Positions 20,271-30,832 of a stretch of 64,000 nucleotides of DNA are shown one piece after another. The stretch comes from Bacteroidetes bacterium HGW-Bacteroidetes-17 (lineage in GTDB: Bacteria > Bacteroidota > Bacteroidia > Bacteroidales > GCA-2711565): positions 5,412-69,411 of the forward strand of contig PHDM01000001.1 in NCBI GenBank assembly GCA_002840985.1, in the 5' to 3' direction. The position numbers and the translations under genes were made by a program. Position 1 is the stretch's first letter. Every line of letters starts with the position of its first letter. The notes beneath the pieces were generated by a model that ran no database searches, had not been told where the DNA came from, and saw only the letters and a program-made list of their open reading frames with translations.

Positions 20271-22043
20271 TTATTTAAATATGAGCTTCATGTCTTTTTC
20301 TTTACCTTTTAGCCACCATTCATTCGGTATTACACTCCAGTTGCCCGAAGCTTTGGGTGAGACGGTTTTTTCCTTTTCAATCCATTTCATCAAATAGTAA
20401 CGAAGATCCTTAGGCGTTGAATTGATAATTCTTCCGGTAATTTCATTCGCTGGAATTTTCGCACCAACCGTTAAATGGCCACCACCACCGTTGCCCCGGT
20501 ATGAATTTAGAGCGACGATATAATTCTTTTTTAAATCGAAGGATCTCCCATCGGCCATTGACTTAATGACGATTTTTTCACCTGCCGGTTTTGTAACATC
20601 AACTGTATAATTTATGCCGGCTGCAGATGAATAATTATAATAATTTGCTGCTAACTGAGGATTTCCGTTCGAGAGTGTAATATTTCCATTGGCATCTTGT
20701 TTAAATTTCAGCAAATGATCGTCCGAATTTTTCATCTCATTAAACCATTGACCATATGAGTATTCTAGATAATCCTTGATTTCCTGGCCACTCATCTTCA
20801 TGGTATATAAAAGATTTTCGAATTTGTACAAATTAAACATATCGCTTACATAAACTTCCCCTTTTTTAATCTCGGCATTAAAGGATAGTGGGGCCGCGAA
20901 GGAAACATCAGCTTTCGTTAAATCAAGTTGAATGTGATGAATAAGATCAACAAAAGGGGAGTCACCAAATATGGATTCACGTGTTGAAATTGTTTCCGTA
21001 AATGTACCAATCGGTTTTGCCACATAAGCTTTTACTTCTTCCATTTCAGGTGCAAATTGATTCATAAAAGCATCATCGGGTTTAAAATCCTTAATCTGAA
21101 TGACATTCCCTGTTGTTTCTTTTTCCCATTTACCGGATTCTTTGTTTTTATTTAAAATTACCGTGGCTTCAGTTGCGGTTCGGGCTGAACTCAGAGTGCC
21201 TAGAATCAGAACATTTTTCCCATCAGTATTCTTAATTGTTTTATTCCAGCTTTTATGGTCATGCCCGACAAAAACCACATCAAATCCGGACACTTGCTCA
21301 GCAACCAACTGAGCTGCATTTTCATTCCGATCCATATCGGCAGTCTGACCATTATAGTTCGCATCTAATCCGGCATGAAAAAGACCAATCAACACATCGG
21401 GATGCTCTGTTTCATTAATTATTTTGACCCATTTGCTGGCACTTAAAATCATATCCTGAAAATCGATCCCACTCCAAATATTTTCGGGAAGCCACATCGG
21501 GATTCCCGGGGTAATCAAACCAAGAATCGCGATTTTTATTCCATCGCGGTCGAGAATTGTATAGGGTTTGAAGTAGGGTTGATTTGTTTTTGTGTTCACC
21601 GCGTTAGCTGCCATCCATGGAAACTTAAATTCTTTTTCTAATTTATCATACACCGGATGCCCGGCTTCTATGTCATGATTCCCAATCGTGGCCGCATCGT
21701 AATTCATATAATTCATGACCCGGGCGCAGATGTGTTCGGGTTCAGTCTTCTCAAAATTTGAATAATAAACCAAAGGTTGACCTTGCAATATATCACCGTT
21801 ATCCAACAAAATGACAGATTGGCTCTTATCTGCTCTTTGTGCTTGCACGTAGGTATAAACTTGTGCAAGTGAAGCAGAGGTAGGCTTATTGTTGATAAAA
21901 TCCCACGGGAAAAGGGCCCCATGGACATCACTTGTTTCAATCAGTTTTAGTTTTATGATTTGTGCCTGAAGAGGAAGAAGCGTGGTGAATAAAAATAAAA
22001 AAACCACTAAGAGAATGCGGGAATTTATAGCGTTGTTTTTCAT
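20271..22043 (-). CDS. Bifunctional metallophosphatase / 5'-nucleotidase (UshA/CpdB-like)
   Basis: Metallophosphoesterase blocks TSDVHG, DNGDILQG, GNHDIEAG and VFVGHDH. C-terminal 5'-nucleotidase-like domain. The ATG at 22043 (MKNNAINS..) is preferred over the TTG at 22070. Confidence 0.85.
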   Translation of the reverse strand: MKNNAINSRILLVVFLFLFTTLLPLQAQIIKLKLIETSDVHGALFPWDFINNKPTSASLAQVYTYVQAQRADKSQSVILLDNGDILQGQPLVYYSNFEKTEPEHICARVMNYMNYDAATIGNHDIEAGHPVYDKLEKEFKFPWMAANAVNTKTNQPYFKPYTILDRDGIKIAILGLITPGIPMWLPENIWSGIDFQDMILSASKWVKIINETEHPDVLIGLFHAGLDANYNGQTADMDRNENAAQLVAEQVSGFDVVFVGHDHKSWNKTIKNTDGKNVLILGTLSSARTATEATVILNKNKESGKWEKETTGNVIQIKDFKPDDAFMNQFAPEMEEVKAYVAKPIGTFTETISTRESIFGDSPFVDLIHHIQLDLTKADVSFAAPLSFNAEIKKGEVYVSDMFNLYKFENLLYTMKMSGQEIKDYLEYSYGQWFNEMKNSDDHLLKFKQDANGNITLSNGNPQLAANYYNYSSAAGINYTVDVTKPAGEKIVIKSMADGRSFDLKKNYIVALNSYRGNGGGGHLTVGAKIPANEITGRIINSTPKDLRYYLMKWIEKEKTVSPKASGNWSVIPNEWWLKGKEKDMKLIFK

Positions 22044-22218
22044 GTTTGTCGTGATTATGTTTAATTTCAATTGAGCGTAAATTTAATAAAAATGGATGAA
22101 GTGTAGCGTATTTGAAATTTGATAAAAGTATTAGCTATACCAAGATAGATAATACCTCTATCTGGTCATAAAACTGCATGACTTTTAAAACCAAAGTGTC
22201 ACTTTCTTGGAGATTATA

Positions 22219-24486
22219 TTATTCATTTGCTTCTTTGGTTGCCGTAAATGGTATTTTCAGGTTTAATGCAATGTTTCTGCCAGGATTGTATAAACCTACT
22301 TCTTTTAAAGTAGATAAATGGTCGACATATTTCTCGTCAAAAAGGTTATTTAAGCTTAGACTAATATTCATAAATTGATTCTTCATTTTTATTTTACCCC
22401 CAACACTTAAGTCTAATAGCGTATAACCAGTCGTCAGTGTTTCGTCGGGAGCTGGATTATTTTGATTGAATGCAGTAGTTGTATGAATTGAAATGTATGC
22501 TTTTTTCAAAAATGTTAAATTTCCTTTTTCTGCCCTCAATTCAAAACGTAATTTGTTCGCCGGTACCAAAGGTAAGTAATCATTGTTTTTTTGCTTGCCG
22601 GTAACCGATGAAAATGTGGTTTCAAAATGCAACCACTCTATAAGCTTAGGATGAATATGTAAATCCAATTCACCTCCAAATAAAGTTGAATTTGCCTGTC
22701 GATACCTATATATATTAATCTCTGAAGTTGTTAATTCATTTGTCGGGGAAATAAAAATATAATCATTGATAATGTTGTAAAATCCTGCAATTTCAAAAGT
22801 GAAATTAGCTTTATGGTAATGAAAACTTAAATCGGTTTCGTATGCTTTCTCAGGCAGAAGATTATGGTCCCCAATTTCGTAACGGGTTTCGTGTAGCCCG
22901 TTTGATGTAAGCTCAGCAATATTTGGGGTACGGTATGCCGCTGCAAAGTTGGCTCTAAACAAAAGACTTTCCGATAAATTATAGGTAGATCCAAATGAAC
23001 CGCTGAAACTTCCATAATGCTTGTCAAAAGCGGCACGATAATTCATCGGATCTGACGGGGAACCAATTGCCTGGGTTGTAATGGATTTATTATCATAGCG
23101 GATACCGGTTTGCAATTTTAGTTTACCGAAAAAAGTATATTGCAATAAACCGAATACCGAATAATTATTTGTAGTGGCATCGGGCAATAACTTCGTTTCC
23201 CTATTATTTAAATTTGTATTTATTTGATTAAGCCCCTGAAGGCCAATAAGAATTTCAGAATTTATGGTTGATGGAAGGTACAGGCGGCTCTCGTAAGTTA
23301 GGGTTTGCAGTGACATTTCAATTGCGATGTAATTTGGTCCCTCCGAATGCATCAAACCAGATTTTTGAAAGGCTGAATTAATTTCTAATTTGAATTTATT
23401 AAGGAAAAATTTATTTTGAGCTGATAGTAAATGGTTCCCGAACAGCATATAATATACTTTTGGGTCACGCCCCCTGCCTTGTTCTTTTACATAATCGATG
23501 GCATCTTCTTCTGCCAGACCGATTTTATGGGTCCCATAATCATAAAACAAGTTTAACGCCATTCTGTGATTCGTAAAACCTGCGTTCAATAGCACTGTTG
23601 TGCCCCTGAAGCGAGTATTTGGTACAAATTCACCACCACCTTGTAAATAATCTGCATTTGTTTTATTCCCGATTCTAAAACTGGCATGAAAATTCTTTGT
23701 TGAACCTTTGATCCCAAGATTATTCGTCATTCCCAACGAGTTTGAAAATAATTGCATATTGTAATCGCCAATAACAGTGCCGACAGGGGCGGGTTTTTCC
23801 TTTATAAAATTGATGACCCCACCTATAGCATCAGAACCATAAAGCAAAGATGCGGGCCCTTTTATAATTTCAACATTTTCAATTCCGAATTCGTCGATTC
23901 CAATTGGATGATGGTCGGAATATTGGTAATTTTCAAATCGAACGCCATTATTTAAAATCAAAATATCGTTCATCGAAAGTCCGCGGATAACAGGTTTTGA
24001 AACACCACTTCCTTTAGAAATCATTTCAACACCAGGCACTTGGGTAAGTACTTCAGAAAAAGTTGGTGTTGTTTTGATGGTGTGGGGATCTAGTTTTAAA
24101 ACATCAATTTTAACAGCATTACTATGCTGCGTGGAATTATTAAAGCCGGAGATCACTACTTCATCCGCCTCAACCGCTGTCCGTATCAATATGATGTTTA
24201 TTTCAGCATCTGTTCCTTTTAATTCAAGGGTTGCAATTTGGTTAGCGTAACCAATAAATGAAAACTGAATCCTGATCTTTCCGTTTGGTAAATTATTTAA
24301 TTGATAAGCCCCGTTTTTATCCGACACTGCACCAATTTTTAAGTCTGAAATGAAGATCGTAGCACCGGTCATCGGTTCATTATCTTCATTTATTATATTC
24401 CCTGCAATTTTGTTTTGTGAATTTGCGATATGATACGACAATACCATAATGCAAAGAATTAATATCTTTTTCATTTTATTAAGCAT
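22219..24486 (-). CDS. TonB-dependent receptor (CarbopepD_reg N-domain + Plug + barrel)
   Basis: IAGNIINEDNEPMTGATIFI (CarbopepD_reg), IIKGPASLLYGSDAIGGVINFI (Plug), and a barrel ending in aromatic-rich strands (NIALNLKIPF). Confidence 0.9.
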   Translation of the reverse strand: MLNKMKKILILCIMVLSYHIANSQNKIAGNIINEDNEPMTGATIFISDLKIGAVSDKNGAYQLNNLPNGKIRIQFSFIGYANQIATLELKGTDAEINIILIRTAVEADEVVISGFNNSTQHSNAVKIDVLKLDPHTIKTTPTFSEVLTQVPGVEMISKGSGVSKPVIRGLSMNDILILNNGVRFENYQYSDHHPIGIDEFGIENVEIIKGPASLLYGSDAIGGVINFIKEKPAPVGTVIGDYNMQLFSNSLGMTNNLGIKGSTKNFHASFRIGNKTNADYLQGGGEFVPNTRFRGTTVLLNAGFTNHRMALNLFYDYGTHKIGLAEEDAIDYVKEQGRGRDPKVYYMLFGNHLLSAQNKFFLNKFKLEINSAFQKSGLMHSEGPNYIAIEMSLQTLTYESRLYLPSTINSEILIGLQGLNQINTNLNNRETKLLPDATTNNYSVFGLLQYTFFGKLKLQTGIRYDNKSITTQAIGSPSDPMNYRAAFDKHYGSFSGSFGSTYNLSESLLFRANFAAAYRTPNIAELTSNGLHETRYEIGDHNLLPEKAYETDLSFHYHKANFTFEIAGFYNIINDYIFISPTNELTTSEINIYRYRQANSTLFGGELDLHIHPKLIEWLHFETTFSSVTGKQKNNDYLPLVPANKLRFELRAEKGNLTFLKKAYISIHTTTAFNQNNPAPDETLTTGYTLLDLSVGGKIKMKNQFMNISLSLNNLFDEKYVDHLSTLKEVGLYNPGRNIALNLKIPFTATKEANE

Positions 24487-24538
24487 TAAATGTTGACTAA
24501 ATATTCAAACACCACGAAAATGGTGTTATAATTGAAAT

Positions 24539-24847
24539 TTATCCTTTTGGTGGGGCACGTAATAAAAATGAAAATTGTGAATGATTTAAATTATACCGGG
24601 AGTTGTAAATATTAAAATAAGCATCGTTGGGTTGCCCGTTTTGCAGATCAATATGTTCGATTCCTGACAGAAAATTCGATAATTCGAAATTGCATATGGG
24701 GCATTTCTCGACAGAAAAATGGGATTGTCGATCATTTAATGTTTCTGATGAGGCATACTGGTGGTGATGTCCAAGTTTAATTAATGAAGGCGAAAGAAAA
24801 GCCAATAATAAAAGTAAAGAAGTAATATAGTTAAATTTCCTATGCAT
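24539..24847 (-). CDS. Small membrane-anchored His-rich / CxxC protein, partner of the downstream TonB-dependent receptor
   Basis: 102 aa. N-terminal anchor, GHHHQY, CPICNF, C-terminal RAPP. It lies 52 nt upstream of the receptor on the same strand. I recall similar small proteins next to Bacteroidota receptors, but this is unverified. Confidence 0.5.
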   Translation of the reverse strand: MHRKFNYITSLLLLLAFLSPSLIKLGHHHQYASSETLNDRQSHFSVEKCPICNFELSNFLSGIEHIDLQNGQPNDAYFNIYNSRYNLNHSQFSFLLRAPPKG

Positions 24848-24890
24848 TAATCCGATATATGACAGATTATAAAGTCAGAACAGAATGGAA

Positions 24891-26402
24891 TTAACAAAAT
24901 GCCAGCCACGAACTTTTATCTTTATATTCCTCAATGGGTGAAATTTTTGTTTTGAATTTATAAGAACTTACCAGCATCGAAATTTCATGTTTGATGGTTT
25001 CTAACCCATCATTAATTAAATCGGACCGAAAACCTCTTGCACCCAATACTGCAACATGATTTGCTGAAACTACACGACTGATAATTTTACCCAGGTCAAC
25101 AATTTTTCGTTGTTGTAAATTGATGTCGACTTTAAAATCTAAAAGAGATTTAAAGTAATCGGCAATATTTTCGGTGAGATGGTAATTTTTTAAAAAATCA
25201 GAGAGATTCGAAATTTTATGTCTTCCCATAAGCTTGATCACCATTTCCGAAATTTGGGTATAAAGCATTTCGTTTGAGCCTTCAAATATTTGAAAAGGCT
25301 TGGAATCCATGATGCCCCTTGAGCCCACACTTTCGGTTTTATAACCATTCGCTCCATTAAGCTGGGTCAGGGTTTGGGCCGACTCCTGCATCAAATCGGT
25401 AATGTAAGCTTTCATGCTGTTGGCTTCTACAGCCGAATCGGCCAGATTATTTTCAATACCGCTAAAACCTGCACTTCGCGAGCACATTGCAGAACTTACA
25501 GTAAAAGCACTTTGAATCCGTGAAACCTGATGCTTCACCTGATCCAGGGACATCAGAGATTTACCTCCCACAAATCGGGAAGTTGTTTGATCTATGGCTT
25601 CATCCAACATCCTCCTTATAAAGCCCATCCCCATACCAGGGAATTGGAAACGGCTCCGGTGCAATAAATCCATCATTAGTTTAAGTCCGGTGGTTTCTGG
25701 TTTAAGTTTGAATTGTTCAGGGACATGAATGTCGATGATGTTTTTTCCGTAAGGGATGGGGTAGAGCCCTATATTGTTGTAGTATTCAGCAACCTGAATC
25801 GATTGATTGGGTTGCTGTTCGTCACAAATAAAAAAATCAATATCGCGTGCCAGATCCCCATTTTTAAATTTCTGACGCGAGGTCATGAGCCAGTAATCAG
25901 CCATTCCCGTTAAACCTTGCCAATGCTTGGTTCCTTGAATGTGATAATTCGAACCCTTTTTGACATTGGAAGTCCTCATGTTTAGTGCATCGCTTCCATG
26001 ATCAGGTTCGGTTATCATGAGCCCACCCATATTTTGCTGGGTCATGAACCGATGAAAAATATCTTTTTTAATTGATTCATCTGCATACTTAGCCACGGGT
26101 TCGAGAAATAAACCGATGTTAATTCCGAAGGCCAAAGACAATGGAAGGGATTCGTAAGAAGCGGCATCCAAAACACCCAGGCATTCTTTAACTTTAACAC
26201 CTCTTCCACCATACACTGTCGGGATAGCCACAGAAAACGGATTCGCGGCCATAATCTTTTTTAAAACCAAATCAGGGAAGCCTCGTTTTTGAACAAATTC
26301 TTCGATGTTATCAATTTCGTAAAATGCACTTTTAAATGTTTGTTTTAAAGAGTTCAGGAAGCTTGTTAAAGAAACCTGTTCGTTCAGGACAGCAATGCTC
26401 AT
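24891..26402 (-). CDS. Acyl-CoA dehydrogenase family protein
   Basis: 503 aa. MITEPDHGSDALNM (ACAD middle-domain signature), FEGSNEMLYTQI (C-terminal helical domain). Confidence 0.8.
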   Translation of the reverse strand: MSIAVLNEQVSLTSFLNSLKQTFKSAFYEIDNIEEFVQKRGFPDLVLKKIMAANPFSVAIPTVYGGRGVKVKECLGVLDAASYESLPLSLAFGINIGLFLEPVAKYADESIKKDIFHRFMTQQNMGGLMITEPDHGSDALNMRTSNVKKGSNYHIQGTKHWQGLTGMADYWLMTSRQKFKNGDLARDIDFFICDEQQPNQSIQVAEYYNNIGLYPIPYGKNIIDIHVPEQFKLKPETTGLKLMMDLLHRSRFQFPGMGMGFIRRMLDEAIDQTTSRFVGGKSLMSLDQVKHQVSRIQSAFTVSSAMCSRSAGFSGIENNLADSAVEANSMKAYITDLMQESAQTLTQLNGANGYKTESVGSRGIMDSKPFQIFEGSNEMLYTQISEMVIKLMGRHKISNLSDFLKNYHLTENIADYFKSLLDFKVDINLQQRKIVDLGKIISRVVSANHVAVLGARGFRSDLINDGLETIKHEISMLVSSYKFKTKISPIEEYKDKSSWLAFC

Positions 26403-26556
26403 TTCAGTTTATTTAGCAGTATGATAAATTTAGCGTTTGTTTTTTAGCTATTCTTATTTAGAATAAATAAAAACAAAGATAGTCATAATTAAATTGAATC
26501 AAATATATTGTTCTAATCTTAAAGTTCATCGATGCTTGCATCGGGGTTTCTAAATT

Positions 26557-26722
26557 TTCTCCCCTTCTTATAGGGGACCTGCTTTGCCGCAGGCAGGGAT
26601 GCCAAAGGCAGAGGGGTTAATAAAGGAAAATTCGATTTTCAGTTTGTTAAAATAAAGTTGGAAAAACACGCTATGGCTTGCTATTGGGATTGTCAACTTT
26701 AAGAATTTTCTTTATTACGCTA
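26557..26722. repeat. Intergenic repeat, copy 2 (inverted relative to 11846-11975, with an internal insertion of about 50 nt)
   Basis: The reverse complement reads ..AATAAAGAAAATTCTTAAAGTTGA..[insert]..CGAATTTTCC..AACCCCTCTGCC..CATCCCTGCCTGCGGCAAAGCAGGTCCCCTA. Confidence 0.75.
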
Positions 26723-26785
26723 ATGAATATTTGTTGATATACTATATTAATCAAGGTATGCGTGATAAAATAAGTAAAGAAGAGT

Positions 26786-28654
26786 TTACTTTTTAATTGA
26801 TAAAGAGATCATTCCGGATGGAGGAACACTAAATTCTTTGATTCCCTTATTCAATAAAATGTCCTTCTCAAGAAGAATTTTACCTGTGCAATCATTAATC
26901 TTAATGCTGTACATGCCTGATTTGTCAAGCAACAACATCATCTTATCACTTGCTTTTGCATTGATAAGATCCATTCGATTAATCTCACCGATCTCAGAAA
27001 TGATCATATCCTCGTAAACTACAGTAATTTGATGTCCATCATTAACAGTTGTTAATATAGGGAAGTTTGCAACCGGATTTGAGGGAATGAATTCTCCATC
27101 CAATAATACATTTCGGTTTTCATTCCAGTAAGCAAACCAGTATTTTATCATATCCAAATGGGCTTCAGGGATATCTTCTAACCTGACCGAAAGTTGAGGT
27201 ACACTGAATAAAATATTGAGAATCTGCAGGGCAGCACTTTCAACCGGTTCTTCTACACGCCAGATAAACATATCACTATGGACTGCCGTCTTTTGAGCCA
27301 TAATACGCAAATTTGTTGTTTCTATCCTATTTGCAACAGCATTATTAGGGCAATCAACACCTCTGAACATATTCCCGTATTTACGCATTAATGGACCAAT
27401 GTAAGGTTGTCGGAATTCAATTAAAATATCAGGTTTAAGTTCCGTTAATTTATTAGTAATCTCAGTCATCAGGGCATCGGTGGCCTCGTTTACACTTGCA
27501 TAATCCCTGCCATTTTCTTTGGTCAGTTTAGTATCGGCAACTGCAGTAAACCTCCCAATAAAATCAAGTTTAAAGCCATCCAGATTCCATTCTTCCAGAG
27601 CCTTGATGTAAGTGTTCACTATAAATTCCCTTACTTCAGGGTATCTTGGATCTAAAACATAAGTGCCCTGACCTTCCCAATAGCGAAGATACTTACCAAT
27701 GAATTTGGGATAATTTTGAGCTTTTTCACCGATGAAAGGTAATGAGTACCAAAGGATAAATTGCATTCCTTCGGCATGCACTGCATCAACAAATCCTTTC
27801 ATGTCAGGGATGCGATCAGGTTTCCAGTCGCCGGTATAAGCATAACCTCGGTTGCCATCTTTTGTTTGCCAGCCATCATCCACAATTACTGCTTCACAAC
27901 CCAGTGATTTGGCAATTTTACATTCTGCTACTATTTGGTCAGCTGTAATATTTTGATGATAACTGTACCAGGTTGAATACATCGGTTTTTTCGCATTATC
28001 AGGAACCTGCATAGGTTTATAACCTGAGCCGGTTACCCACCATTCAGCAACTTTATCAATCGCTTTGTAATAAGGGATGTTTCGGGTATCAATGCGCAGC
28101 GTTATTTTATAAGATGTAGTTTTTGGCATTTTTTCACGGAATAATCTGATTTCAGGATGAAATTTCACATCTTCTTCTCGGAGATAACTGATCATTTCGG
28201 ATTGATTTAAAGCATCGGAAAGGGCGATTGTAATTCTGTTTTGTAAAGCATTATTGTAAAATGAAAGCACAGGGGCGAAACTTGACGCTTTTGATGTAAT
28301 TGCGCTGGAATAATAATTCACTTTATCAACCGAAATTTCCGGATTCCAGAATCCATTGATGTCAATCGAAGGAAAATCAAATTTGATGCTTATTGGTGGC
28401 AATTCTGATGGAATATCAGAGGTAAAGGTAAATGTCAGCAATTGAAGATCGTTATCTTCCTGAACAATTGTTCTTTCTAATGAAAAAGGCCCTAATTCGC
28501 CTTCAATTTTGATACTATCAGCCACAATCTCGATTGGGTCAATGATGGTTGATTTTGGATGAGAATAATTTAGGTTAGAATCATGATTGCAAGAAAAGAA
28601 GAAGCCTGAAAGAAGAGTGAGACTGATAAAATTTTTCATTTTGATTGATTTCAT
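26786..28654 (-). CDS. Alpha-galactosidase-like glycoside hydrolase (GH36/GH27 clan)
   Basis: Lipoprotein-like signal (SGFFFSC). CEAVIVDDGWQ and GFKLDF blocks typical of melibiase-type (beta/alpha)8 enzymes. Confidence 0.65.
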   Translation of the reverse strand: MKSIKMKNFISLTLLSGFFFSCNHDSNLNYSHPKSTIIDPIEIVADSIKIEGELGPFSLERTIVQEDNDLQLLTFTFTSDIPSELPPISIKFDFPSIDINGFWNPEISVDKVNYYSSAITSKASSFAPVLSFYNNALQNRITIALSDALNQSEMISYLREEDVKFHPEIRLFREKMPKTTSYKITLRIDTRNIPYYKAIDKVAEWWVTGSGYKPMQVPDNAKKPMYSTWYSYHQNITADQIVAECKIAKSLGCEAVIVDDGWQTKDGNRGYAYTGDWKPDRIPDMKGFVDAVHAEGMQFILWYSLPFIGEKAQNYPKFIGKYLRYWEGQGTYVLDPRYPEVREFIVNTYIKALEEWNLDGFKLDFIGRFTAVADTKLTKENGRDYASVNEATDALMTEITNKLTELKPDILIEFRQPYIGPLMRKYGNMFRGVDCPNNAVANRIETTNLRIMAQKTAVHSDMFIWRVEEPVESAALQILNILFSVPQLSVRLEDIPEAHLDMIKYWFAYWNENRNVLLDGEFIPSNPVANFPILTTVNDGHQITVVYEDMIISEIGEINRMDLINAKASDKMMLLLDKSGMYSIKINDCTGKILLEKDILLNKGIKEFSVPPSGMISLSIKK

Positions 28655-28866
28655 ATTAAAGTATCATCAATAATGATGAATACACGAATCTATGAATTAC
28701 TTTTTGATTTCAAAAAAATGAATAAGTATTTTTAAATGAAATCTTTGACTTATTAACAAAGAAACCCAATTTCTTCGTTGACTCAATTAAAAGCAAGGAT
28801 GGTTCAGCCGAAAGACAGTTTTTATATCTTTGTAAGCCTTTACACATCATAACAGGTTCTGACTGG

Positions 28867-30717
28867 ATGAAATCATTATTGATCTATAACAAACAACTAT
28901 TTAAATATTTCATTTACTGGATAGCGATATTCTGGCTTGCTAAAATTATGTTTCTGCTATTCACTCTTGATCTATCTAAACACTTGTCATTCGGTGAAAT
29001 AGTTGGAATATTTGGTTACGGACTAATAATGGATATCTCAACGGCCTGTTATCTTTTAGTAGTGCCGGGGTTGCTGGTTGTATTTCGAACGATAATACCC
29101 GTAAGGTTCCTTAACCGACTGATGTGGTTTTATACTTTCTTGCTTCTTTTTATCTCAATCTTACTTATCATCATCGATCTTGGGCTATACCCATACTGGG
29201 GGACAAGAGTTAATGTGACCATTTTTAACTACATCAACGATACGGTATCGCTGAAGTCATCGCTTGCCTTTTTTGATATTTTATTGGGATTGTTCGTTAT
29301 AGGAAGTTTTATCACCGGTTTTATTTTCATTTATCGAATGATCTTTAAATCAGGTTTATTCCCGGAAGGTAACATAAAATGGACTGCTGCTTTGGTTCAA
29401 TTGTTTTTAGTTGCATCTTTAATCTTCCCGATGCGTGGAGGCTTGGACACCTCTCCATTAAACCTGAGTTCAGTGGCTTTTAGTTCGAAATTATACGTCA
29501 ATCAGGCTGCCACTAACTTTTTATGGAACTTTGCGAAATCTATTGATACCAGGGATCGGCTTTCTAATCCATGCATCTACATGACCAATGAAGAGAGTGT
29601 TAGGATCTTTGATGAGTATGTAAAGAATGATACCATCGTTACAAGACCGCAGCTAATCAAACTTGATCCTGAAAAACGACCCAATGTCATCCTGATCATC
29701 CTGGAGAGTTTCTCTAACAAAGCCATCGCTCCGCTAGGCGGATTGCAGGACATTACACCCAACTTAAACGCTCTGCACAACAAAAGTACCACGTTCTCAA
29801 ATTTTTATGCTTCGGGCAATCGCTCTGATCGTGGCATCTCTGCCCTACTTGGCGGGTATCCATCTTTACTCAGAACCTCGATCATGGTTTATCCCGAAAA
29901 AGCACAAAATTTAACTTTGCTTCCTGAATATTTCAACAGAAAAAACTATCATACTTCATTTTACTATGGGGGCGACATTAATTTTTACAATTTAAAAACC
30001 TTTGTTCTACAGGCAGAATTCGGGAAATTGACCACTAAATCTGATTTTCCGGCCGAATTGGGACGAATGTCGAAATGGGGGGTCCCTGATGGTTTTGTTT
30101 TTGAACGGGCTCTGGAAGATTTAAAGAGCGAGCAGGAACCTTTCATGAAAACCATTTATACCATCAGCAGTCATCCCCCTTATGATGTACCATACTCGAA
30201 AATCAAAGGAAATTCAAATGATGAAAAATATCTGAATTCAGTAGCTTATACCGATAGTTGTTTGGGGGTATTTATAGATGAATTCAGGAAATCTGCTCTT
30301 TGGGAAAATACATTGCTCATTGTAACCTCCGATCACGGAAGTTTGGTGCCGGGACCAACCAATGTAACGGAACCTGAATCTTACCGGATTCCATTGATCT
30401 GGACCGGCGGAGTGCTTGATTCGTTGCAAAAAATTGAAACGATCTGCCAGCAGTCTGATCTTGGAACAACCCTGATCCATCAACTTGGTTGGGAAACAGA
30501 TTCAGCAAAGTTTTCACGCGATTTTTTCAGCTCGAATCCACACGCCTTTTATATGCTCAATTCAGGATGGGGCTATGTGACCCCTGAAGGATATTACTAT
30601 TTTGATCAGGAAATTGGCGATTTTGTTTCGAATCCGGCGAATGACGGAAAACCCTTGGATCCGTATTTCCCAAAAGCATTTATGCAGGTATTGCACGACG
30701 ATTTCGTCAACAGATAA
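28867..30717 (+). CDS. LTA synthase / phosphoglycerol-transferase family membrane sulfatase-fold protein
   Basis: Five N-terminal TM helices, then alkaline-phosphatase-superfamily blocks VILIILESF, SGNRSDRG and IVTSDHG. Confidence 0.8.
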   Translation: MKSLLIYNKQLFKYFIYWIAIFWLAKIMFLLFTLDLSKHLSFGEIVGIFGYGLIMDISTACYLLVVPGLLVVFRTIIPVRFLNRLMWFYTFLLLFISILLIIIDLGLYPYWGTRVNVTIFNYINDTVSLKSSLAFFDILLGLFVIGSFITGFIFIYRMIFKSGLFPEGNIKWTAALVQLFLVASLIFPMRGGLDTSPLNLSSVAFSSKLYVNQAATNFLWNFAKSIDTRDRLSNPCIYMTNEESVRIFDEYVKNDTIVTRPQLIKLDPEKRPNVILIILESFSNKAIAPLGGLQDITPNLNALHNKSTTFSNFYASGNRSDRGISALLGGYPSLLRTSIMVYPEKAQNLTLLPEYFNRKNYHTSFYYGGDINFYNLKTFVLQAEFGKLTTKSDFPAELGRMSKWGVPDGFVFERALEDLKSEQEPFMKTIYTISSHPPYDVPYSKIKGNSNDEKYLNSVAYTDSCLGVFIDEFRKSALWENTLLIVTSDHGSLVPGPTNVTEPESYRIPLIWTGGVLDSLQKIETICQQSDLGTTLIHQLGWETDSAKFSRDFFSSNPHAFYMLNSGWGYVTPEGYYYFDQEIGDFVSNPANDGKPLDPYFPKAFMQVLHDDFVNR

Positions 30718-30832
30718 ATAATTTTAATCCAAGTTTTGTGAGCAAAGCAGATACAATAAAAATGATAGTAAAAGCACAAAAATATTTCAATCATCAATTT
30801 AAATCCTAATCATTTATTAAAATATTTTGAAA

